Assembly: GCA_044867325.1 (NCBI GenBank)
Contig: JBIOUS010000012.1
Location: forward strand, 11,771-75,770
Direction: 5' to 3'
DNA length: 64,000 nucleotides
Source of the DNA: Thermoleophilaceae bacterium
GTDB lineage: Bacteria > Actinomycetota > Thermoleophilia > Solirubrobacterales > Thermoleophilaceae
Shown here: positions 9,498 through 19,150 of the stretch, piece after piece
Layout: every line of letters starts with the position of its first letter
How positions within the stretch are numbered: the first letter of the stretch is position 1
Notes under the pieces: model-generated
The model's input: only the letters and a program-made list of their open reading frames with translations
What the model was told of the DNA's origin: nothing
The model's database searches: none
Program-made: the position numbers and the translations under genes

Positions 9498-10376
9498 GTG
9501 CGCAGTGTGGAACTCGTTATCGCTCGCCGGCTCGCGCTGGCGCTCACCGCTCTGTTGCTCGCCACCGTCGCATTCGCCCTCCCGGCGGTCGTGCCGACCA
9601 GCGCCGTCGCCCAGAGCGGCGGCCAGCAGTTCGACGACGAGGATCCTGGCGACGACGAGTTCGAGGATCCAGGTGACGATTTCGGCGACGATGAGGAGTT
9701 CCTCGACGATGAGGACTACGTCGACGAAGAGGTTGTGGCGCTCCAGGAGGCGACCGGCGATCTCGGTCGTGCCAAGCGCGCCGCAGCCGGCAAGGTCGCA
9801 CGGCTGAGCAGCAGCTCGTCTGTCCTACGCCCCTGCTTGCGCGGTGGGCCCGGATGGAAGCGGATCCGCGCGATCAAGCATGCCCCTCAGCGTGCTCTCT
9901 ACACCGCCGCCGCACGCCGCCTGCTGGCGGACATGAAGCTGCTGCTCGACGGCCAGCAGCCGCGGATCGTCGTCTACGAGTCTGCCTTCCAGCGCTTTGT
10001 CTCAGAGCTGCGCGCCGCACCGGTGTCCGATCCGACGCTGAGCGAGGCGATTGCCGCCCAGGCGCGCCGCGTGGCCTCCTACCACGACATCCGCGCGATC
10101 AAGGCAAACTGCGCTGTCTTCAACAAGCTGACCAAGCGGGTGCGCGAGTTCCCGACCCGCACGGCCGCTCAGATCGTCCGCGCCGACTACCGCGCCACGC
10201 CGCTGGCGCGCAAGATCCAGCGCAACATCTCAGACCAGCTGACCAAGATCGACCGTCGCCACGGCATCACCTACCGCGACGCCGAGAAGCTCGCGGACGC
10301 GGCCGAGCTGATGGTCGACCTCGGTGGCGAGCCTGGTTATGCGACCGGCTTCCAGTACGCCTTGTCGCTGCGCTGA
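9498..10376 (+). CDS. hypothetical secreted protein with acidic low-complexity linker
   Basis: GTG start. The signal-like N-terminus is 'RRLALALTALLLATVAFALPAVVPTSAVAQ'. It is followed by a D/E-rich tract (about aa 45-80) and a basic helical C-terminal domain. I recognise no family. Confidence 0.6.
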   Translation: MRSVELVIARRLALALTALLLATVAFALPAVVPTSAVAQSGGQQFDDEDPGDDEFEDPGDDFGDDEEFLDDEDYVDEEVVALQEATGDLGRAKRAAAGKVARLSSSSSVLRPCLRGGPGWKRIRAIKHAPQRALYTAAARRLLADMKLLLDGQQPRIVVYESAFQRFVSELRAAPVSDPTLSEAIAAQARRVASYHDIRAIKANCAVFNKLTKRVREFPTRTAAQIVRADYRATPLARKIQRNISDQLTKIDRRHGITYRDAEKLADAAELMVDLGGEPGYATGFQYALSLR

Positions 10377-10435
10377 CGCACTCTCGTAACGCCTGAGTCG
10401 TCCCCAGGCACAGACGCGCGCCTAGCGTCGCGCGG

Positions 10436-11002
10436 ATGGGCGATCGCGGCTGGCAGGCGGTGGGTTGGGTGATCGCCGCAGTCGTGGCGGTCCTGCTTGG
10501 GGCGCGGCTGCTGGACTCCGGACCAACACCGCCACCGGTCCGGGTTGGCGCTGCGAGCGCTGGCGAGCGACACGGCGCCGACGCTGGACCGCGCGGTCCC
10601 TACGTCCATGTGGCCGGGGCGGTGCGTCGGCCCGGGCTCTACCGGCTGTCCCAGGGTGCCCGCGTGGCTGCCGGCGTCCGTCGCGCCGGCGGGCCTTCCG
10701 CCCGTGCCGATCTCGACCTGATCAACCTCGCCGCGCGGCTCCAGGACGGCCAGCAGGTAGTCGTTCCCACGACGCCCGGGGCCGGTGGAGCCGCCGTGGC
10801 TGGTTCCGCTGCTCCGATCAGTCTCGGCTCGGCGACGGCGGAGCAACTCGACGAGCTCGACGGGATCGGGCCGACGCTCGCCGAGCGGATCGTCGAGTAC
10901 CGCCAAGCCAAGGGCGGCTTCGGCTCGCTCGATCAGCTCGCGGAGGTCGAGGGGATCGGTGAGAAGCGGCTCGAGGCGTTGAAGGCCGCGCTGACGCCGT
11001 GA
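10436..11002 (+). CDS. comEA: competence protein ComEA (helix-hairpin-helix DNA-binding)
   Basis: It has an N-terminal TM helix, a SLBB-like middle ('VHVAGAVRRPGLYRL..GARV..AV') and a tandem HhH C-terminus ('ISLGSATAEQLDELDGIGPTLAERIVEYR...L..VEGIGEKRLEAL'). Confidence 0.87.
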   Translation: MGDRGWQAVGWVIAAVVAVLLGARLLDSGPTPPPVRVGAASAGERHGADAGPRGPYVHVAGAVRRPGLYRLSQGARVAAGVRRAGGPSARADLDLINLAARLQDGQQVVVPTTPGAGGAAVAGSAAPISLGSATAEQLDELDGIGPTLAERIVEYRQAKGGFGSLDQLAEVEGIGEKRLEALKAALTP

Positions 11003-13224
11003 GCTGGCAGCGAGTGGCGTTCCTGGCAGCGGTCGTGGCGTTGACGGTCGCCGTTGGCTTGGTGCGTCTCGATCGGATCGACGCCCCGAGCGAGCGGTTG
11101 CTCGACGGGCAGGCGATCGCCGGCACCGCATATCTGGCCCAGCGGCCACAGCCCGGACCGTTCGGGGCCTCCGCCGAGATCGAGTTGACGGCCGGCGCCG
11201 AGCATGGGACCCGCCTGTTGGCGCGACTCCCTCGGGACGCGGAGATCCTCGTCGGCGCCGCGCCGGGCGCAGAGCTGAAGCTGGCTGGGCGCTTCAAGCG
11301 CCCGGAGGCGGGGGAGGGGAACTTCGACTTCGCTGCCTATCTGAAACGACGTGGGATCGCCGGGGAGCTGACAGTCGACCGGGTTGCGGCCACCGGTCGC
11401 CGCCGCGCCGGACTTCAAGGCGCGATCGACCGTATGCGCGAGCGGGCGCTCGACGGGATCGCCTCCGGCCTGCCGTCCGCGCTCGGGGCGCTCGCACAGG
11501 GAATGGTCCTCGGCGCTGACGAGGACATACCCGACTCGGTCCGCGAGGACTTCCGCGACGCCGGCCTAAGCCATGTCCTGGCGGCCTCCGGCACGAACGT
11601 GATGCTGCTCGTCGCGCTGGCGATTCCGCTGCTCGCGGCCGCAGGACTGTCATACAGCGCTCGCATCCCGGTCCTGATCGGATCGATCGCCCTCTACATA
11701 CCGCTCGCCGGAGGCGGACCTTCGATCCAGCGCGCAGGCGTGATGGGCGCCGCGGGACTGCTGGCGATCCTCCTCTCGCGCCCGGCGTCACGCTGGTACG
11801 CGCTCTTCCTGGCGGCCTGCGTGACCTTGGCACTCAACCCACGCGTCTGGTCCGACCCCGGCTGGCAGCTGTCGTTTGCCGCGGTCGTCGGCATCCTCCT
11901 GCTGGCGCCGGGCATCGGTCGCCGGCTCAGCGCGCTGCCGGGCGCGCTCGCCGACGGCGTCGCGCTGACCGTCGCCGCCACCATCGCGACAGCGCCGCTC
12001 GTAGCTCACCACTTCGGCGCGGTCTCGCTCGCCAGCTTGCCCGCGAACGTCGTCGCGCTGCCGCTGATCGCGCCGATCATGTGGATCGGGATGCTGCGCG
12101 GCCTGCTCGGACAGGTCGGCGGGCCGCTCGCGACCGTCAACGACCTGCTCGGGCACCTGATCGCTCCGCTGCTGTCCGGTTTCGAGCGGCTGGCAGCGCT
12201 GTTCGCCGATGCCCCCGGCAGCACGCTGACGGTGCCGCTCGCTGGGCTCGATCTCATCCCGGCGTACGCGATCCTCGGCTTCGCGGTTCTCGCTGCCCGG
12301 CGAGCGTCAGACCGCCTCGATACGCGCGCTTCGACCGCTGTCGCGCGTCTGCGCCGCCTGCCGCGCGGGCGGAGGCTCGCGTTCTCGATGGCGGCCGTCT
12401 CACTCGTCCTGCTCGCCGCCGCTCACGGTCTCACGCCAGCCCGGCCGCCGGCGACCCTGACGGTCACCTTCCTCGACGTCGGCCAAGGAGACGCCACGCT
12501 CGTCCAGCACCCCGACGGCAGCGCGGTCCTGTTCGACGGCGGCCCGCCGGAGGGTGGGGTGGCAAGGCTGCTGCGCCGCGCCGGGGTGCGGCGCCTGTCC
12601 GCCGTCGTGATGACGCACGCCTCGCGCGATCACCACGGCGGACTCGCCGAGGTAGTCGAGCGCTTCCCGATCGACCTGCTGCTCGACGGCGGCGACGACA
12701 CCCGTGACCGCGACTTTCAGGCGATCGTCGCCGCGGCCCACGCCCACGGTGTCCGACGTGTCGCCGCGCTCGCCCCGCTGACCATTCATGCCGGGTCGCT
12801 GCGGATCGACGTCCTATCGCCAGCGCCCAGGGCGCCGGGTCCGCCGCCCGAGGACCCCAACCCGCGCGCCGTTGTGGCCGTCGTCAGCAGCGATGGCTTC
12901 GACCTACTGCTCTCCGGTGACGCCGAGAGCGAGGCGCTGCTGCCGCTCGCGCTGCCCGACATCGACGCGATGAAGCTGCCCCACCACGGCAGCTCCGATC
13001 CTGGGCTGGCGCAGGTGCTCGACCAGCTACGGCCCGAGGTCGCCTCGATTCCCGTCGGAAAGAACAGCTACGGCCATCCCGCGCCCTCGACGCTGACCGC
13101 CCTCCGCGCGGCGCGCATTCCCACCTGGCGCAACGACCTGCACGGCACCGTCCAGCTGTCGGTTGACCACGGCGTCCAAACTGTCGACCCCGACCACGGC
13201 GACGCCGTCGAGATCCGACGCTGA
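10999..13224 (+). CDS. comEC: DNA internalization competence protein ComEC/Rec2 with C-terminal metallo-beta-lactamase domain
   Basis: It has a polytopic competence domain ('GLSHVLAASGTNV') and an MBL domain ('TFLDVGQGDATLV', 'MTHASRDHHGG', 'LPHHGS'). The start overlaps the comEA stop. Confidence 0.9.
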   Translation: MSWQRVAFLAAVVALTVAVGLVRLDRIDAPSERLLDGQAIAGTAYLAQRPQPGPFGASAEIELTAGAEHGTRLLARLPRDAEILVGAAPGAELKLAGRFKRPEAGEGNFDFAAYLKRRGIAGELTVDRVAATGRRRAGLQGAIDRMRERALDGIASGLPSALGALAQGMVLGADEDIPDSVREDFRDAGLSHVLAASGTNVMLLVALAIPLLAAAGLSYSARIPVLIGSIALYIPLAGGGPSIQRAGVMGAAGLLAILLSRPASRWYALFLAACVTLALNPRVWSDPGWQLSFAAVVGILLLAPGIGRRLSALPGALADGVALTVAATIATAPLVAHHFGAVSLASLPANVVALPLIAPIMWIGMLRGLLGQVGGPLATVNDLLGHLIAPLLSGFERLAALFADAPGSTLTVPLAGLDLIPAYAILGFAVLAARRASDRLDTRASTAVARLRRLPRGRRLAFSMAAVSLVLLAAAHGLTPARPPATLTVTFLDVGQGDATLVQHPDGSAVLFDGGPPEGGVARLLRRAGVRRLSAVVMTHASRDHHGGLAEVVERFPIDLLLDGGDDTRDRDFQAIVAAAHAHGVRRVAALAPLTIHAGSLRIDVLSPAPRAPGPPPEDPNPRAVVAVVSSDGFDLLLSGDAESEALLPLALPDIDAMKLPHHGSSDPGLAQVLDQLRPEVASIPVGKNSYGHPAPSTLTALRAARIPTWRNDLHGTVQLSVDHGVQTVDPDHGDAVEIRR

Positions 13225-13274
13225 TAGTCGCGCTAGACCCTTCGCCGTCCGCCAGCGCCCTAGGATCGAGACGC

Positions 13275-14228
13275 GTGGCCGACCTCAAGCCCGTCTATCT
13301 GATCTGCGGCGACGACGACGCCAAGACCGACGCCTGGCGATCCCGCGTCCGCAAGCGCGCCGAGGCTGAGAACGGTCCCGGCGGGCTGGAGTCCTTCGAC
13401 GCCAGCCGCGACGACGCCGAGGCCGTGGTCGCCTCGCTTGCCGCGCTGACCTTCGCGACCGGCACGCGCTACGTGATGGTCGACGACGTCGGCGCCTGGA
13501 AGGCGCCCGCCGCGGCGCCGCTGACCGACGCAATCGGCGCCCTGCCACCCGACACCGTGCTCGTCCTCGTCGTCCGGGGCAAGCCGCTCAAGAGCCTCGT
13601 CACGGCAGTCGAGCAGGCGGGGGGAGAGGTCCGCGAGCACGCCGCGCCCAAGCCCTGGGAGATGCCCAAGTGGGTGACCGGCCGCGCACGCGAGCTCGGC
13701 CTGCGCCTCGACGGCGAGGCTGCCAAGACCCTCGTGACGATCGTCGGGCCGGGCCAACAGCGCCTCTCCCGCGAGATCGAGAAGATCTCGATCGCCCTCT
13801 ACCCCGAGCCCACCGCCACCGTCGAGGACATCGAGCAGCTCGCCGCCGGCGAGGCCAGCCCCAAGGTCTACGACCTCGCCGACGCCGTCGTCGGCGGCAA
13901 CGTCGAGTCCGCCATCGAGCTCGCCGAGGAGCTCACCGAGTGGGGCGAGCGCCCAAGCCGTTTCGTCTACCCGATCGTCGGCCGCCTCCGCGAGGTCCAC
14001 CGAGCGGTGGAGCTGCTCGAGGGCGGCCTCACCGAGAAAGAGCTCTCCAGCGCCCTCAAGATGCCACCCTGGCGCGCCAAGAAAGTCGTCGCCCTAGCCC
14101 GCCGCGCCGACCGCGAGACCCTCCAACGCGCAATCTGCCGCTTCGCCGACCTCGAGATCAACCTCCGCGGCGGCGGCACCCTAGACGAGGAAACCGCCGT
14201 AACCCTCACGTTGGCTAGGGCCGCGTAG
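13275..14228 (+). CDS. holA: DNA polymerase III delta subunit
   Basis: GTG start. 'KPVYLICGDD' is a typical HolA N-terminus, the length is 317 aa, and the position after comEC is conserved. Confidence 0.82.
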   Translation: MADLKPVYLICGDDDAKTDAWRSRVRKRAEAENGPGGLESFDASRDDAEAVVASLAALTFATGTRYVMVDDVGAWKAPAAAPLTDAIGALPPDTVLVLVVRGKPLKSLVTAVEQAGGEVREHAAPKPWEMPKWVTGRARELGLRLDGEAAKTLVTIVGPGQQRLSREIEKISIALYPEPTATVEDIEQLAAGEASPKVYDLADAVVGGNVESAIELAEELTEWGERPSRFVYPIVGRLREVHRAVELLEGGLTEKELSSALKMPPWRAKKVVALARRADRETLQRAICRFADLEINLRGGGTLDEETAVTLTLARAA

Positions 14229-14235
14229 CGTTTTC

Positions 14236-14289
14236 GGGCTAGGGCTCTGGCTGTGCTGGCCGCGGGAAGCACGCTCCGATCCCTAGCCC
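14236..14289. terminator. inverted repeat / hairpins between convergent holA and aldehyde dehydrogenase (possible bidirectional terminator)
   Basis: GGGCTAGGG (14236-14244) is the perfect reverse complement of CCCTAGCCC (14281-14289). An inner hairpin GTGCT..AGCAC lies between them. The repeat sits in the 54-nt gap between two gene ends, and no clear U-tract follows. Confidence 0.35.
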
Positions 14290-15755
14290 AAAGAACCGCC
14301 CCCATACGGATACCACCAATCCTTGGCCTCGATTCTCGTCTCCATGTGGACGTGCTTCGTCTCCTGGAAGGCCTCCAACCCCTCCTGCCCGAGCTCGCGG
14401 CCAAGTCCCGACTGCTTGAAGCCGCCGAATGGGCCGGCGTCGTTGTCGGTGAGGGGGTCGTTGATCCAGCCGGTGCCGGCTTTGAGCTCGCGCATGCAGC
14501 GGACGGCGGTGGCGAGGTCGCGGGTGTAGACGTTGGCGCCGAGGCCGAACTGGGTGCCGTTGGCGAGCTCGATCGCCTCGTCGAGCGAGCGGACCGGGAC
14601 GATCGGGGCGACGGGACCGAAGGTCTCCTCGCGCAAGAGGTCGGTGTCGGCGGGGGCTCCGACGATGACCGCGGGCGAGTAGTAGTGGCCGCGCTCGTGA
14701 CCGGCGCCGTCGCCGCCGACGATCAGCTCGGCGCCGGCGGCCACGGCGGCGTCGACCTGGGCGGCTGCCTTGCTGCGCTGGGCCGCTGAGACCATCGGGC
14801 CGACGTCGGTCTCGGCGTCGAGTGGGTCACCGACGATCAGTGAGCGGGTGTGGTCGGCGAAGGCGGCGACGTAGTCGTCGAACAGCGACTCGTGGACGTA
14901 GAAGCGCTCGGCTGAGGTGCAGACCTGGCCGGCGTTGAGGTAAGCGGCCCAGGCGCCGCCGCGGGCCGCGATCTCGACGTCGGCGGCGACGTCGGCGCAG
15001 ACGATGAACGGGTCCTTGCCGCCCATCTCGAGGTTGATCCGTGCGGTTCGCTCAGCGCACCGAGCGGCGATCCGCTTGCCGGTGGGAACCGATCCGGTGA
15101 AGGCGACGCAGTCCACGCGCTCGTCGGAGACGATCTGCTCGCCGACGTCGCCGGCGCCCGCGAGCAGTGCGACCAGACCAGTGGGGAGGTGGTCGAGGCA
15201 GGGCGCCAGCATCAGCGTCGAGATCGGCGTCAGCTCGGACGGCTTGCAGACGACGGCGTTGCCGGCGGCGAGCGCGGGGGCGAGCTTCCAGGCGAGCAGC
15301 AGCAGCGGGTAGTTCCACGGCACGATCGCTCCGACGACGCCGAGCGGCTCCTTGAGGACCAGCGCGAGCTGGCTCGACTCGATCGGCGGGATCACACGGC
15401 CGGCGAAGTTGCGGCCCATCTCGGCGTAGTAGTCGAACGCGGCGGCGGTCCAGCCGACCTCGTCGGAGTTCTCGACCAGTGGCTTGCCGCCCTCGATGGT
15501 CATCGCGTGGGCCAGCTCGGCGGTCTGGGCGCGCAATCGGGTCGCGACCTCATGGAGCAGCTCCGCGCGCTCGGGCGCTGGGGTCGCCGCCCAGCCGGCA
15601 AAGGCCTCGCGCGCGGCAGCGATCGCTGCGTCAACCTGCTCGGGGGATGCGGCGCCTACCTGGGCGACGGTCTCCTCGGTCGCCGGGTTCTCGACGGCGA
15701 TCCGCTCACCGTCGCCCTCGACTTGCTCGCCAGCGATCAGTAGCCGAGTCTCCAC
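14283..15755 (-). CDS. NAD(P)-dependent aldehyde dehydrogenase
   Basis: 'FTGS...G', 'LEMGGKDP' and 'GQVCTSAERFYV' hold the catalytic Glu and Cys motifs. 'PFGG.K.SG.GRE' lies near the C-terminus. GTG start. Confidence 0.92.
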   Translation of the reverse strand: METRLLIAGEQVEGDGERIAVENPATEETVAQVGAASPEQVDAAIAAAREAFAGWAATPAPERAELLHEVATRLRAQTAELAHAMTIEGGKPLVENSDEVGWTAAAFDYYAEMGRNFAGRVIPPIESSQLALVLKEPLGVVGAIVPWNYPLLLLAWKLAPALAAGNAVVCKPSELTPISTLMLAPCLDHLPTGLVALLAGAGDVGEQIVSDERVDCVAFTGSVPTGKRIAARCAERTARINLEMGGKDPFIVCADVAADVEIAARGGAWAAYLNAGQVCTSAERFYVHESLFDDYVAAFADHTRSLIVGDPLDAETDVGPMVSAAQRSKAAAQVDAAVAAGAELIVGGDGAGHERGHYYSPAVIVGAPADTDLLREETFGPVAPIVPVRSLDEAIELANGTQFGLGANVYTRDLATAVRCMRELKAGTGWINDPLTDNDAGPFGGFKQSGLGRELGQEGLEAFQETKHVHMETRIEAKDWWYPYGGGSLG

Positions 15756-15814
15756 CGCTGCCGACTATAGACCGGCCACTAGGACGCCAGGGCTCGATGT
15801 CGAACCCCTAGCGG

Positions 15815-16537
15815 ATGGATGCGCGCAGCGAACGGATGGCCAGGCGCTTCGAGCCGATCGTCACGGTTGCGGCGCTGTTGGTGATCCCGGTCTTGATCCT
15901 TCAACAGGAGGATCGTGGCGCGACTGTCAACGCGATCGGCGACGTGCTCGACTGGCTCTCCTGGGGCGCCTTTGCGGCAGAGGCGGCGGTGATGCTGTCG
16001 ATCGTCCCGGACCGTCGTGCCTGGCTGCGCACGCACTTCCTCGAGGTGTCGATCGTCGTCCTCACCCCGCCGTTCATCGGAGCCTTCAAGTCGGTACGGC
16101 TGTTGAAGCTGCTGCGGCTGCTCTGGCTGTTCCGGCTGGCTCCGCTGGCGCAGCGGCTCTTCACCGCGGCCGGCGTGAAGTCGGCCGCGCTCCTGGTGGC
16201 GCTGACCGCAGTTGTAGGCGGCGCCGCGTTCGCCGAGCTCGAGAAGGGCCAGACGACCGCGAACGGCATCTACTGGGCCGTCACGACGATGACCACCGTC
16301 GGCTACGGCAATCCGCAGCCGACGAACACCTCCACGAAGATCCTCGCGGTCGTCGTGATCTTCGTCGGCATCGGCTTCGTCGCCGTGCTGACCGGTTCGA
16401 TCGCCCAGCGCTTCCTCGCGCCGGACATCGCGGAGGAGGAGCAGGAGCAGACCGAGATCGTGGCGACGAACAAGCAGATCCTCGCCGAGCTGCGCGAGGT
16501 CAAGGAGCGCCTGGCGGCGCTGGAAGGGCGTACCTAG
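15815..16537 (+). CDS. voltage-sensor-type (6TM) potassium channel, compact, no RCK domain
   Basis: The selectivity filter is 'TTVGYGN'. An S4-like helix 'KSVRLLKLLRLLWLFRL' has a basic residue at every third position. The C-terminus is a coiled coil, 'ILAELREVKERLAALEG'. Confidence 0.85.
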   Translation: MDARSERMARRFEPIVTVAALLVIPVLILQQEDRGATVNAIGDVLDWLSWGAFAAEAAVMLSIVPDRRAWLRTHFLEVSIVVLTPPFIGAFKSVRLLKLLRLLWLFRLAPLAQRLFTAAGVKSAALLVALTAVVGGAAFAELEKGQTTANGIYWAVTTMTTVGYGNPQPTNTSTKILAVVVIFVGIGFVAVLTGSIAQRFLAPDIAEEEQEQTEIVATNKQILAELREVKERLAALEGRT

Positions 16538-16800
16538 GAAGAAGCGCCGGCGCGGAGCCTTGCGGCCCGGGCCTTCTTGCGTGCGCCGGTGTTCTTGTGC
16601 AGCGCTCCACTGCGTACGGCGCGGTCGATCCGTGAGACCAGGGCGCGGAACTCGCTCTCGACCTCGTCGGCCTTGCCGGACTCGGCGGCGGCCTCGAGGC
16701 GACGGAAGTAGGTCTTGATCGCCGAGGTGTAGCGACGGTTCTCGTCGCGCTCGCGCTCGGTGCGCAGGATCCGCTTCTTTTGGGATGCGATGTTGGCCAT
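16534..16800 (-). CDS. rpsT: 30S ribosomal protein S20
   Basis: An internal ATG (complement of 16798-16800) begins 'MANIASQKKRILRTERERDENRRYTSAIKTYFRR...'. The product is 88 aa. The rest of ORF 16534..17430 is a shadow of murJ. Confidence 0.95.
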   Translation of the reverse strand: MANIASQKKRILRTERERDENRRYTSAIKTYFRRLEAAAESGKADEVESEFRALVSRIDRAVRSGALHKNTGARKKARAARLRAGASS

Positions 16801-16855
16801 GATCTTGGGTCCGTCGCGCCAGGGAACGGCGCGGCGGCGGCGTAGTGTAGCGCTG

Positions 16856-18472
16856 ATGGCCGATTCGACGACCGCGGCACCCGCACCGCGGGGAGAAGAC
16901 GCCAGCCAGCGCGGCGGCAGGTTGGCCCGCAGCACCGCTTTCTTCTCGGCTGCGACTGGGCTTTCGCGCATTCTTGGACTGGTGCGCGAGATCGTCGCGG
17001 CGAAGTACTTCGGCGTCACCGCGGCGATGTCGGCGTTCACGATCGCGTTCCAGGTGCCGAACCTCGTCCGTGCCCTGTTCGCCGACTCGGCGTTGCAGGG
17101 GGCGTTCGTCCCGGTCTTCACGGAGCTGCTCGAGAAGGGCAAGAAGCGTGAGGCCTTCCACGTCGCGTCGAGCCTGTTCTTCCTGATCTTCGTCGTGCTC
17201 GGCCTGACGACGGCGCTGTTCATTCTCTTCGCCGAGCCGATCATGTCGGTCTTCGCGCCCGGCTTCGACGACCAGCCGGCGCTGCGCGAGCTGACGGTCG
17301 GCCAGTCGCAGCTGATGTTCCCGATCGTCCTGCTGCTCGCTCTGTCTGGCGTGATCGTCGGGATGCTGAACAGCTTCGAGCACTTCAGCGTGCCGGCGCT
17401 GGCGCCCGTCGCGTGGAACCTCGTGATCATCGCGGCGCTGATCTTCCTGACGCCGCTGTTCGAGGGTCAGGATCGGATCTACGCCTACGCGATCGGCGTC
17501 CTGGTCGGGACGATCGTCCAGTTCCTGCTGCCGATCCCCTGGCTGCGCGGCCGCGGCGGCCATTTCACGATCACGTTCGATTGGCGCAACGAGCACGTCA
17601 AGCGAGTGCTGTGGCTGATGCTGCCGGTGACGCTGGCGCTCGGGATGATCAACCTCAGCCTGCTGATCAACTCGCTGTTCGGCACGCTCGTCTCCGACTC
17701 CGCGCCGGCGGCGATCGACAAGGCGTTCCGGATCTACCAGCTGCCCCAGGGCCTGTTCTCGATCTCGATCGCGACGGTGCTGTTCCCGACGCTGTCGAAG
17801 TTGGCCGCCCGCGGCGCGAATGACGACCTGCGCGCGACGATGAGCAACGGCGTCCGTCAGATCTGCCTGCTGCTGATCCCCAGCGCGGTGCTGATGGCCG
17901 TGCTCGCCGAGCCGATCGTGCGGCTGCTCTACCAGCGCGGCGAGTTCGGGCCCGAGGCGACCGACCTCGTGACGACAGCGCTGGTCTGGTGGGCGATCTC
18001 GCTGCCGTTCCAGGGCGTCAGCCTGCTGTTCTCACGCACCTTCTTCGGCCTTCAGCAGCCGTGGGCGACGACCGCGTTGGCGGTGGTCAACATGGTTGTG
18101 AACGCGGCTGTGGCGTTCGCGCTCTACAAGCCGTTCGGCATCGCCGGCATCGTGCTCGGAACGGTCGCCGGGACGCTCGTGATGACGGTCGCCCAGGGTT
18201 GGATCCTGCGTGGCGAGCTCGGCGGCATCGAGGGCCGCAGGTTGATCGGCGGCGTCCTGCGGATGCTCGCGGCCGCCGCGGCGCTGGGCGCCGTTGCCTA
18301 CGGGGCCTGGTACGGCCTCGACGAGCTGCTGGGCCGCTCGCTGATCGCCCAGGTCGTCACCGTCGGCGTCGGCGTTGCGGCTGGCGTACTCGCCTACGCA
18401 GCGGCTGTTTGGCTGTTGCGCGTGCCCGAGGCGCACCAGGTGGCGCGCCTCGTCCGCTCGCGCCGCGGCTAG
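16856..18472 (+). CDS. murJ: lipid II flippase MurJ/MviN
   Basis: ATG at 16856. 'SRILGLVREIVAAKYFG', 'AFTIAFQVPNLVRALFADSALQGAFVPVF' and about 14 TM helices are present. Confidence 0.9.
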   Translation: MADSTTAAPAPRGEDASQRGGRLARSTAFFSAATGLSRILGLVREIVAAKYFGVTAAMSAFTIAFQVPNLVRALFADSALQGAFVPVFTELLEKGKKREAFHVASSLFFLIFVVLGLTTALFILFAEPIMSVFAPGFDDQPALRELTVGQSQLMFPIVLLLALSGVIVGMLNSFEHFSVPALAPVAWNLVIIAALIFLTPLFEGQDRIYAYAIGVLVGTIVQFLLPIPWLRGRGGHFTITFDWRNEHVKRVLWLMLPVTLALGMINLSLLINSLFGTLVSDSAPAAIDKAFRIYQLPQGLFSISIATVLFPTLSKLAARGANDDLRATMSNGVRQICLLLIPSAVLMAVLAEPIVRLLYQRGEFGPEATDLVTTALVWWAISLPFQGVSLLFSRTFFGLQQPWATTALAVVNMVVNAAVAFALYKPFGIAGIVLGTVAGTLVMTVAQGWILRGELGGIEGRRLIGGVLRMLAAAAALGAVAYGAWYGLDELLGRSLIAQVVTVGVGVAAGVLAYAAAVWLLRVPEAHQVARLVRSRRG

Positions 18473-19137
18473 CGCGCCGCCGCCTCGATCTCGGCGAGCG
18501 CCTCCGCCTCTTGGGTGGCTACGACTGTGCGCACCAGCTCCACGATCTCAGCCGGCGCCTTCTCGGGCGAGCCGGCGTCGAACGGCGGCTGGGGGTCGTA
18601 CTCGAGTCCGAGCTGGATCGCCTGGGCGACCTCCGGACCGGCGATCCTGGCCGTCAGCTGCAGCGCCATGTCGAGCCCGGCGGTGACGCCGGCGCCGGTC
18701 ACGACCTTGCCGCGCTCAACGACCCGCTCGGCGACGGGGCACGCGCCGAGCTCGCGCAGCAGCTCGTACTCGAGCCAGTTGGTCGTCGCGTCGACCCCGT
18801 CGAGCACTCCAGCGGCTGCCAGCACCAGCGAGCCGGTGCAGACAGACGTCGTCCACTGTGAGCTGGCGTGGGCGCCACGGACCCAGTCGAGCAGCCGCTC
18901 GTCGTGCAGCAGCGCGCGGGTCCCGATTCCACCAGGGACGACGAGCACGTCGGGGTCCGGCAGGTCCTCCCAGCGCTCCTCCACGAGCACGGTCAGCATC
19001 CGGTTGTCGGTCCGCACGGGGCCCGGCTCGGGTCCTGTGAAGCGAACCGTCGCGCCTGGGATCGCCGACAGCACCTGGTAGGGCCCGATGGCGTCTTGAG
19101 CGGTGAAGCGGTCGAACAGCGGAATGGCGATCTGCAT
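18469..19137 (-). CDS. DJ-1/PfpI family protein (class I glutamine amidotransferase-like)
   Basis: An internal ATG at 19137 begins 'MQIAIPLFDRFTAQDAIGPYQVL'. The nucleophile elbow is 'SVCTGSLVLAAAG', and 'VVTGAGVTAGLDMAL' is also present. Confidence 0.85.
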   Translation of the reverse strand: MQIAIPLFDRFTAQDAIGPYQVLSAIPGATVRFTGPEPGPVRTDNRMLTVLVEERWEDLPDPDVLVVPGGIGTRALLHDERLLDWVRGAHASSQWTTSVCTGSLVLAAAGVLDGVDATTNWLEYELLRELGACPVAERVVERGKVVTGAGVTAGLDMALQLTARIAGPEVAQAIQLGLEYDPQPPFDAGSPEKAPAEIVELVRTVVATQEAEALAEIEAAAR

Positions 19138-19150
19138 CGGGTCTCCTTGG

